Positions 34,171 to 43,743 of a stretch of 64,000 bases of DNA are shown here, one piece after another. The DNA is taken from NCBI GenBank assembly GCA_014905635.1, contig JABVCE010000023.1, positions 124,001 to 188,000 on the forward strand. The letters run 5' to 3'. This DNA is from Scenedesmus sp. PABB004. Taxonomy: Eukaryota. Made by a program: the position numbers and the translations under genes. Position 1 is the stretch's first letter; each line of letters begins with the position of its first letter. The notes under the pieces are model-generated. The model was not told the DNA's origin. It was given only the letters and a program-made list of their open reading frames with translations, and searched no databases.

Positions 34171-37100
34171 ATGCAGCACGAGGACAACTTCCTCTTCACC
34201 AGCGAGTCGGTGAACGAGGGCCACCCCGACAAGCTCTGCGACCAGGTGCGGCGGCGCGGGCGGGCGGCCCGGGCGCCGCGAATGGCGCGCGCGGTGGTGT
34301 GATGGCGGGCGCTGGCGCGGCGCAGCGCGCGCGGCGCGGCCTGGCAGCGGTAGCGCGCTCTGGCAGTCCCAGGCCCCTTCCCTGACTGCCGCGCGGCCCA
34401 CGATGGCGCCCAACCGCCGCGCTGCTGCAGGTGTCCGATGCCATCCTGGACGCCTGCCTCGAGCAGGACCCCCTGAGCAAGGTGCGGCGCGGCGCGGCGG
34501 GTCCGGGGTGATGCGCGCTGCCCCTGGCCGGCGGCGCGGGGCTGGATGCTCCCGGCCCGCACGCCGGCGCGGGGCAGCGCGATTGGTCTGCCTTTTCGCG
34601 CCAGCGCGGGCGGCGGCGGGGCCGGGCGGGCCCGGCGCGGCGCCTGTCGTCGGCGGGTGCTGAGATCGCGCGCGGATTGGCGCAGGTGGCCTGCGAGACG
34701 GCCACGAAGACGGGCATGGTCATGGTGTTTGGGGAGATCACCACCAAGGCCAAGGTCGACTACGAGGCCATCGTGCGCAAGACCTGCAAGGGCATCGGCT
34801 TCATCTCCGAGGACGTGGGCCTGGACGCCGACAACTGCAAGGTGCTGGTGCACATCGAGGAGCAGAGCCCGGACATTGGCCAGGGCGTGCACGGCATGGG
34901 CACCAAGACGCTCGAGGAGACCGGCGCCGGTGCGCGCGCGCGCCCGAGGGGGGCGGAGGGGGACTCACGGCGACGGCGGCGGCGCCAGCCGGCGGCGCGC
35001 TGGCAGGCAGGCGGGGGGACGAGCGCTGGCAGGCTGCACGACGAGCCCAGCGCGCGCGCTGGTCGCGGCGCTGGCAGCGGCGGCGGCGACAGCAGCGGCA
35101 GCGGCGGCGGCAGCAGCGGCAGCGGCAGCGGCAGTGGCGGCAGCGGCGGCAGCGGCGGCAGCTCCGGGCCCACAAGCGGGAGCGGCGCTGCCCACAAGCG
35201 GGAGCGGCGCCGCCCGCGTGCGCGGGCTCGCTCGCGCCCGCGCGGCGCCGCCGGGCTGCGCCGCCGCGCTGACGCCCGCGCGCGCCGCCGCCAGGCGACC
35301 AGGGCCACATGTTTGGGTACGCCACGGACGAGACGCCCGAGCTGATGCCGCTCACGCACATGCTGGCCACGCAGCTCGGCTACAAGCTCACCGAGGTCCG
35401 CAAGAACGGCGTCTGCCCCTGGCTGCGCCCCGACGGCAAGACCCAGGTGCGCGGCGGCGGGCGCCGCACGCTCGCCGCGGCGCCCGCGCGCGCGTGCGCG
35501 CCGCACCCGCTGCCGCCGCCGCTCACCGTGCCGCGTGCACGGTGCCGCCAGGTGACCGTCGAGTACCGCAAGGAGGGCGGCAAGGTCATCCCCGTGCGCG
35601 TGCACACCATCCTCATCTCCACGCAGCACAGCCCCGACGTGACCAACGAGACCATCCACAAGGAGGTGCGCGCCCGCGCGCCGCCGCGGCAGCGGGGCTG
35701 TGCGCCGGCGGCGGGGCTGAGCTGCCTGCGCCGAGCGCGGGGCTGAGCCGCCCACGGCTGCGGCGCGGTGCGCGCTGACGGCGGGCCCGCCGCGTCCGCG
35801 CGTCCCTCGCTGCCGTCGCCGCCGCTGCTGCGTGTCAGCTGATGGAGCACGTGATCAAGCCGGTCGTGCCTGAGAAGTACCTCGACGAGCAGACCATCTT
35901 CCACCTCAACCCCTCCGGTGCGCGCGCGCCGCGGCGGCGACCCGGACCAGACCCGGCCCGACCGGACCAGACCGGACTCACGCGTGCCCGTCGCGCCGCT
36001 GCATGCTGTGCGTGCCGTGCGTGCTGTGTGCGTGCTGCGCCGCAGGCCGGTTTGTGATCGGCGGCCCCCACGGCGACGCGGGGCTGACTGGGCGCAAGAT
36101 CATCATCGACACCTACGTGAGACGCCTGCCTGCGCGCAGGGGGGGGGGGGGGAGCCAGCGGGGAGCGGGCTGGGAGGCAGGGAGAGGCAGGGAGAGGCAG
36201 GGACAGAGGCGGCTGCGGCGGGCGGCGGGCGGCGGCGGCAGTCGCGCAGCGCGGCAGTGCGGCCAGGGCGGGGCCGCGGCCGGCGCGCCGGCGCGCCCGC
36301 GCGCTGACGCGCCCGCGCGGACCGCCGGCCGCAGGGCGGCTGGGGCGCGCACGGCGGCGGCGCGTTCAGCGGCAAGGACCCCACCAAGGTCGACCGGTGC
36401 GCTCACGCGGCGCGGCGCGGCGCGCGTGGCTGGCCTGCGCGCAGCGCCGGCTGCCCCCCAGTGCGGGGGCCGCGGAGGCAGAGGGGCGGCGGGCCGGCCG
36501 CGCGCGCGGCCGCGGGCGCGGGGAAGCTGCAGGGCGGGCGCCGACCCGCGCGCCCGCCCGCCGCCGCAGCTCGGGCGCCTACGTCGCGCGCCAGGCGGCC
36601 AAGTCGGTCGTGGCCGCCGGCCTCGCCACGCGCTGCCTGGTGCAGGTGCGGCCCCGGCCCCGGCGCCGCGCCCGCGCTGCCGCGCCGCCACCGCCCGCCG
36701 CGCGCCGCCGCCTGCTGACGCGTGCGCTGCGCCGCCGCGCCGCCAACACCCCAGGTGTCGTACGCCATCGGCGTCGCGGAGCCGCTGTCAATCCACGTCG
36801 ACACGTACGGCACCGCCAAGGAGGGCGTGAACGACAAGCAGATCCTCGCGGCCGTGAAGAAGGCGTTTGACTTCAGGTGACGCGGCCGAATTCGAATTCG
36901 AATCCAGAGCGCAACGCCGGCGGCGGCGCCCGCGCGCGCCGACGCGTGCGAGGCCTCAACCCTTCCAACCCTGAGCCCCGCGCCCGCTGACACGCACGCT
37001 CACGCACGCTCACGCGCGCCGCCGCGCCCGTCCCGTCCCGTCCCGCCCCGTCCCGCCCCGCCCCGTCCCGCGCAGGCCGGGCATGATCGCGAAGAACCTG

Positions 37101-37331
37101 GACCTCATGCGCGGCGGCAACCAGCGCTACCAGAAGACGGCCGCGTACGGCCACTTTGGCCGGTGCGCGCGCCGCGCGCGGCAAGGGAGAGCGGGGCAGA
37201 GAGCGCGGGGCAGAGAGCGCGGGGCGCAGCGGCGCGGGCTGCTGGCTGAGCGTGCGCGCCGCGCGGCGACGCGCAGGGACGACGCCGACTTCACGTGGGA
37301 GACGGTCAAGCCCCTGACCATCGACGCCTGA
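34171..37331 (+). CDS. METM: S-adenosylmethionine synthetase (methionine adenosyltransferase)
   Basis: [105 protein letters not shown]. 12 exons; all 11 introns GT-AG. Confidence 0.98.
35071..35163. repeat. Intronic (GGC/AGC)n microsatellite
   Basis: Imperfect GGCAGC/GGCGGC array in intron 3 of SAM synthetase. Confidence 0.8.
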
Positions 37332-38016
37332 GCGCGCCGGCGGCGCGCCAGGGGCCGGGCGGCCCCGCCGGACCGGCGGGCCGCCTCAGCAGCGGGCGCC
37401 CCCCGCGGGGCGCCCGCTGCTGCGAGCGCGAGGGGGGCGCGCGCCGCCGGCCCGCGCGCCCGCGCCGCAGCCCGCGCGCACGCCGGGGCGGGGCGGGACC
37501 CATTCAGCGGACAGAGCGCTGTATGCCAGTCCCCCTCGCCGCGAGGAGCAGCAGCGGTCGGCTGCGCGTGCGCGCGTGAGCGTGGCGCCGGGCGCCGGGG
37601 GGCGCGGCGGCCGTCGCCGCCCCGGCGGTGGGCGGCATGGTTTTCGTGTGGGGTGGGCGAGCACGCGCCGGACCAGGCTTGGACCGCGCTGTCGCGTCGA
37701 GTGATGCGCAGGGGGGTCGCGCGAGGGGTCGGGCCGCTGGCCCCAGGGTGTGCGCGGCGGCGCGCAGCCGCTGCCGCCGCGCGCAGGCGCGCGGCGCGGC
37801 GGTAACGACGGCCGCACGGCTCTGAACTGGCCTGTTACGCAGCGCGTCCGCGGCAGCACGCACAGCGCGCGACAAGGCGCTGACTGACCCGAGGCGGCGC
37901 GTGTGCAGGCACGCGCGCAGGCAGGCCGAGTGCAGTGCAGCCCCGCGCGGCCGCGCCCGCAGCAGCGGCCCCGCAGGGCGCCGCGCGCAGGCAGCAGCCC
38001 CGCGCGTCACGTCGCG

Positions 38017-41000
38017 TCACGGCACGCGGCGGACCTGCACGCTTCGGATGATGTCCTCCTCGCGCGGCCGCAGGTCACTCACCACGACCACCAGGTCGCC
38101 CGCGCGCACAAAGCCGCGCCCCTTCATCAGCTGGAACGTGCGCCGCACGTTGTCCTGGCGCGGCGGCGGCGGCGCGGGCGCAGGGGCGGCGGCGGAGGGG
38201 CGATCAGCGCGGCGTGCTGGGCATGGCTGGCGGCAGCTGCGCCGCGCGCGATGCCCCCCCCCACACACACACACAGATACACCACCGCCGCCACCACACA
38301 CCCACACACCTCTGGGTCGGCGGAGAAAGGCATGCGGAAGGGCATCACGCCCCACCTGCGTGGCGGGCGGAGCAGAGGCAGGCAGGCGGGGTCGGCGCGG
38401 CGGGCCCGACGCGCGGCGCGGCGGTCAGGCTGCGGCGCCGCGGCGGCTGCGGCGCCGCGCGCACCGCAGGTTGAGGCGCTGCCGCACGCTCTGGTCGTCC
38501 GTGAGGGCAAACACGGGGCAGTCCGGCCTGCCGCGGGGGCGCGCCGGCACGCCGGCGGTCGGCCGCGCGCTGCCGCGCCGGCGGTCGCCCAAGAGGCGCC
38601 GTGAGCCCTAAACCCTACCCCCCAGAACTCCGTTCAGGTTTAAGGTGTTAGTTTTAGTGTTAGCTTAGTCTACACGCGCCCGCCCTCTCACCTGCAGCGG
38701 CTGAGGAAGTGCGCCATGTAGCCGCGGCGCGTGTAGACAAAGACCGCGGCCGCCTCGAGCCGGTTGGCCATGAGCGCGGCGCTGGCGCAGATCTGGCGGC
38801 GCGGCGGCCACGGGCGGGCGCGGGGCGGCGGCGGCGGCGGCGGCGCGTGCGCGCGCGTGCGGGGCGCAGCGGCGGTGAGCGGGGCGCGGCGGGGCGGGGC
38901 GGCGGCGGCGGCCGCGCGCGCGCGCGCGCCGCACCTCCTCGCTGATGCGGCCGTCGGCGGTCTCTGCGATCTGGGGCAGCACGACGCCCCCAAACTTCTC
39001 CTCCCGCACCCACTCCTGTCGCGCGGCGCGGGGCGCGGGCGCGGCGTGTGAGCGCGCGCGGGCGGGCGCGCGGGCGGGCGGGCGCGGTGGCCTGGCCGCA
39101 CCTCCATGCGCGTCGCGACGCTGCGCAGCACGCCCAGCGCCTTCTCTGGGTACGCCCCCATCGCCGACTCGCCTGGCGGCGGCGGCGTTTGAACAGGTTT
39201 GAACAGGCTTGGACGGGCAGCCCCCCCCTCCCACACACAGGCGCAGCCCAAACGGCCAAGCCCGAAAAAGCAGCCGACCGCGCGCCCCGCGCGCCGCCCC
39301 GGCGGCTGCGGCTGCTGCGCCCCTCCCCTCCCCCTGCGCCGCGCGCGCACCTGAGAGCATGAGCGCGTCGGCACGCTGCCGCACCACGTCCGCGACGTCC
39401 GCCACCTCCGCGCGCGTGGGCACCGGGTATTCTATCATGCTATGCAGCAAGTCGTGCGCCACGATGGCCGGCTTGCCCAGCTGCCGCGCGCGCATGACGG
39501 CGTGCTTCTGCACGCTCGGCACCTCCTCCACCGGGATCTGCGGGCATCGGTGCATTGAGGGGGGGGGGGGGTTGAGCAGGCGCGCTGGGGGCGCGCTGGG
39601 GCCGCTGGGCGCGCTGGGCGTGCGGCGGTGCGGTGCGGCGCGGCGCGGTGCGGCGCGGCGGTGCGGTGCGCGGCGCGGCGGTGCGCGGCGGCCGCGCCTG
39701 CGCGCCGAGGTCGCCGCGCGCGACCATGATGCCGTCTGACGCGCTGATGATGGCGTCGAGGTGGGTGAGGCAGTCAAAGGCCTCCAGCTTGGCGATCAGC
39801 TCGATCGACGGCGGCCGCGACCCTGCGGCGGCAGTGCCGGCGGCAGTGATTGCGGCGGCGGCGACGAGGGGGCTTGCGGCAGGGGGCGGCGGGGCGTGGC
39901 GCGGCGCGGGGCGCGTGGGGGCCGCCGGGCGGGGCGCGCGCCGCACCCGCGTCGTCGTCGTCGCCGCCGCCGGCGGTGCGCGTGGCGATGTAGCTGCGCA
40001 GGTTGTTGATGACGTCGGGTGTGCGCACAAAGCTGATGGCAATGAAGTCGACGCCGACCGAGATGGCCCTGCGAGCGCGCGCGGCGCAGCGCGGCGTGAG
40101 AGAGCAGCGGGCGTTGCGTGGCGGGCGCGGCGCGGCGCGCGGCGCGCGGCGCGCGGCGCGCGGGGCGGGGCACGGCGGGGAGCCGCGCAGGCCCGGGCGG
40201 CGGCGGGGCGTGTGTGTGGGGGGGGGAGGGAGGGAGGCACTCGCCAGTCGAGGTCGCGCCAGTCCTTTGACGAAATGACCGGCAGCATCGCCGCGCGGCC
40301 GCGTACGAGCTCGCCGTCGCGGCGGAACGTGAGGTTGGCGCGCGAGAGCAGCAGCCCCTGCTCGATGCTCTCCGCGAGCACGTCCGGCCCCGCCTTGCGC
40401 GTGACCACGAGCTCGCACATGCCGCCGTCCACCACGATGTGGTCGCCCACCTGGCGGCGGCGCGGGCGGGGGCGCACAGCGTGCGTCACGCAGGCGGCGG
40501 CGCGGCCCGGCGCGGGGCGAGGCCCGCAGGCACGGGCACGGGCGGCCCCGCGCGCGCCGCCCCGCCCCGCGTTCCCGCTGCCGGGCGCGCCCCCCGCCGC
40601 GCCGCGCCGCGCCTCGAGGTCGTCTGTGAGGGAGTCGTAGTTGACGCCCACCACGGGCAGGCCGTCGATCGTCGGCGGCGGCGGGGAGCGTATCGTGAAG
40701 AACACGCGGCTGCCGACCTGCGGCCGCGCCGCGCGGGCGCGGACGACGCGCGCGGCGGCGGGGCCGGGGGGCGTCGGCCGCGGCGGCGCGCGCCGCGCGC
40801 CGCGGCGCCCCCCTCCCCTTCCCTTCCGCCCTTCGCCAAGAACCGCCGCCGCCGCGGTGGCTCGGCTCAGCCCAGCTCAGCCCAGCTCAGCCCAGCCCAG
40901 CTCAGCTCAGCCCCGCTCACCTCGATCTTGATCGCCTCGGCCAGCTCGCCGGTGTGGATCTCGCTGCCCTCCGTGTCGACCATCAGCGCGATGCAGTACC

Positions 41001-41806
41001 TGCAGCCACGGACCGCGGGGCGCGGTGCGAGGGGTGAGCGTGAGCGCGCACGACCGAGCGCGCCGCGCGCCGCGCGGTGCAGCCGGCGGCGCCGCGCGCG
41101 GGCCGCGGTGGCCGCGTGCAGCTGCTGGCCCGCGCGCCGGTCCGGCCCGGTCCGGTCCGCACCCCATCTCCCGGTTGAGCTCGCGCACGTTGGCGACGAC
41201 GGCGTCCTGCCACGCGCGGTTGCCGTGCGTGAGGTTGAGGCGCGCCACGTTCATGCCGCCCTGCGCGAGGCGGGCCAGGACCTCCTTGCTCGCGCTCGCG
41301 GGGCCGATCGTGCACACCAGCTTCGTGCGCCGCGTGCTGCGGAAGCCTGGGCGCGGCGGGGGCGCGGCGGGGCGGGTCGCCGGGGGCAGGGCAGCCCCGC
41401 AGCCGGCGGCGCCGCGCGCGGGCCGCGTGCAGGTGCTGGCCCGCGCGCCGCGCAGGCCCGGTCCGGTCCGCGGGGGCAGGGCAGGGCCGGCGGCGCCGCC
41501 GCGCCGTGCGGGTGCGCGCTGCTGCGAGGGCGGCGCACCGTTCTCCGCGAGCAGCGCCGCCTGCAGCTCCTGCTGCGCAGCGGGCGACATCTCCAGCTCC
41601 GGCAGCGCCTGCTGCGGCGCCGGCGCCGGCGCCGCGGGCGCCGCCGCGGGCGCGGGCCTCGGTGGCGCCGTCTCGGCGCTGCGCGCCGGCTGCGCGGTCC
41701 GCCTGGCGGTGCTCCTCTGCAGCGCCCGGAAGCGTCCGGAATGCGGGGAGCCGACGGCGGCCGGCGGCGCCGCCCCGGTGGCGGCGGCGCGCCGCGGCAC
41801 CAGCAT
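38017..41806 (-). CDS. PYK: Plastid-type pyruvate kinase with N-terminal transit-peptide-like sequence
   Basis: ATG 41806; [99 protein letters not shown]. About 13 introns, three with GC donors. Confidence 0.97.
40861..40912. repeat. Intronic pentamer repeat (CTCAG/CCCAG)n
   Basis: ctcggctcagcccagctcagcccagctcagcccagcccagctcagctcag in a pyruvate kinase intron. Confidence 0.85.
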
Positions 41807-42054
41807 CTCGCCGCTGCTGCTGCCAAACGCTTTCGAGCGCGGCCGGGTTCCGCGGCGCGGTGGCGAGCTCTGCGGCTGCGTGGCAGCTGGCCGACAGGGC
41901 GAGCGTCGACGAATCGGCAGCTGGTGCGCCGAGTGCCAACACAACCCCGAGACGCAGGAGACTGCCGCCGAGGCGCCGGCGCGTCGAGCGGTCGCCAGGG
42001 CAGGCTGGAACGCGCACGCGCGCGGGCGGGCGCGGGCTGCGGACACTAAACCAT

Positions 42055-42418
42055 CGTGAGCGCCATCGACTGCGTGCTCCCCGGCCTCGCTAGCGCCGTG
42101 GGGGCGCCGGCCGGTGGGGTCAACACCGGCGGCTGGGGGGATGGGGGGGCTGCCGGGGCGCCGCCCCCAACACCGACCATGGGCAGCCTATCAACGCCGG
42201 CCGCCTGAAACAGGCCACAGCGGCGGAGGCATGACGGTTTGGGACCGGCCCGTCGGTCGGTGCCCCGCGAGGGGTCCCCCCGCACCCGGAACGGGTGACA
42301 AGGCGAGAAACACAACACGCGCACACGCCCGACCTAACCTGGCAACACACAACAGCAAGAGGCCTTTTAACGTCCTGCCCAGGACGGAGAGCGCAGCGCA
42401 CCGCACACACCGCTCACG
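42055..42418. ncRNA. Candidate structured non-coding RNA or 3'-UTR element, family unknown
   Basis: Four nested end-to-end stems plus internal hairpins; no convincing coding frame or intron signals. See findings. Confidence 0.45.
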
Positions 42419-42451
42419 CCGGGGGTCCCACCGCGGCGGCACGCAAGCAAG

Positions 42452-43650
42452 CTATATGCGAATGCATTGTTGAGCACATGATGCACCCGGCCGTTGCGCT
42501 GTCACCTGCTCCCAGGCGCGCCACCCGCGCCCGACGACGTCGCGCCCGGCGCTCCGCCGCCCTGGTGCGGCGCGGCGGGCGCCGGGGGGGGGGGGGGGGG
42601 GGGCGCCGCCGTGGCCGCGCCCGCGCCCGCGGCCGCCCGCGTGCTGCGCGACGCGCGGGCCAGCCGCAGGCAGCGGCACGTATGGCGCGGCGGTCGGGTT
42701 GAGCGCTGCGGGCGCGAGCGGCGGCGGTGGTAGGGGCGGGCGACGGGTGGGCGGGCGTCAGCGGCGCGCGCGGCGCGGGCGCAGGCGCGCATGTGCCGGC
42801 GGGCAGCGCAGCGGCGCGCACGCTCACATGCGGGCGGCGCGGCGCGCGAGACGGCCACAGGCGGGGCCGCCAGCGCGTACGGCGCGGCGGTCGGGTTGAG
42901 CGCTGCGGGCGTGCGGCGGCGGTGGCAGGGGCGGGCGGCGGGTGGGCGGGGCGCCGCGGGCGCGCGTGCAGTGGCAGCACGCGCCACGCTCACCCCCCCT
43001 AGGCGGCGCGGCGCGCTGCGGCTCCAGCGCGTCCTCGGCGGCGCGCTTGGGGGGCGCGGCGCGGGTGGCGGGCCTGCGCGGTGTGTGTGTGTGTGTGGTG
43101 GGGGAGGGGGGGGGAGGTGCGCGCGCGGGTGAGGCGGGGGCTTGCTCCGGGGGGCGGCGCGCGGCGCGGGGGGGGGGGGGGGGGGGGGCCGGCCGCCGCC
43201 CGTCGGGGCGCGCACCGGCGGCGCCGATGGCGCGGGGGTAGGAGAAGGCCGCGGCGCTCTGCGCGGGCGAGACGGGCGGGCGGTGAGCGGGCGCCGCGGG
43301 CGGCGGCGGCGAGACGGGCGCGCGGCGCGGCAGCGGGCTCTCTCTCTCAGCGCAGCGCAGCGCGCAGCGCCTGCCGCTCACCCGCGGCCACGCGCTCGGC
43401 CAGCTGCGGCGTGAGGAAGCGCACGGGAGGAGGAGGAGGGAGGCTGGCCGCGAGGTCGATGTAGGGCAGGCGCAGGGGATGGAAGTTGGCCTCCTCGGGC
43501 GGGGGCGACGCACGCGCGCGATCACAACGCCCGCGCAACGCCTGCCCGCCCGCCCTCACCCGCGGCCACGGGCTCCATCTCCATCTCCTCCAGGTGCGCG
43601 AGCGGGCGCAGCGGCCCGCTGGCCGGCGGATCCACGTCCATCGCATCCAT
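42452..43650 (-). CDS. Pro-rich protein with two PAM2-like motifs and an RG-rich segment (putative PABP-interacting protein)
   Basis: Two exons start LNPTAAPYA and LNPTAAPYVP (PAM2 consensus LNxxAxEFxP); GGRGRGRGHGG follows. Start (ATG 43650), one acceptor and the stop are uncertain because of G20 and G21 runs at 42584-42603 and 43168-43188. Confidence 0.5.
42679..42945. repeat. Tandem duplication (197-bp period) of intron end plus PAM2 exon start
   Basis: 42679-42714 and 42876-42911 are identical at 35 of 36 nt; similarity continues into the adjacent intron sequence. Confidence 0.9.
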
Positions 43651-43743
43651 CTCGCGGAGGTGTCGGCGCGCGGAGCGCGGCGAGCCGCCCTCAGCGTGTA
43701 GGGGACCGGGTCGTCGATCGACCCGCCGGGCCTGGCGGGCAGC

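Noticed and set aside
36888..36906. Palindromic GAATTCGAATTCGAATCC in a SAM synthetase intron as heat-shock element or cloning scar
   Set aside because: Short, in a late intron, and explicable as hexamer slippage; no supporting context.
2469..37331. SAM synthetase plus methyltransferase as a functional cluster
   Set aside because: About 30 kb apart with unrelated genes between; no evidence of linkage.
42046..42340. Structured element as telomerase RNA (CTAAACC at 42046-42052; CCTAACCT at 42333-42340)
   Set aside because: CTAAACC is one repeat unit with no alignment overlap and lies outside the closing stem; CCTAACCT would template TTAGG, not the TTTAGGG seen elsewhere. Not supportable without covariance models.
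42359..42386. Canonical pistol or hammerhead ribozyme
   Set aside because: Only the hairpin plus UUAAA resembles pistol; the pseudoknot partner is ~190 nt away and lacks the following GCG core. No CUGANGA/GAAA hammerhead core.
42584..43188. G20 and G21 runs as functional G-quadruplexes
   Set aside because: Similar runs occur in several introns; lengths are unreliable and here they probably encode poly-Pro.
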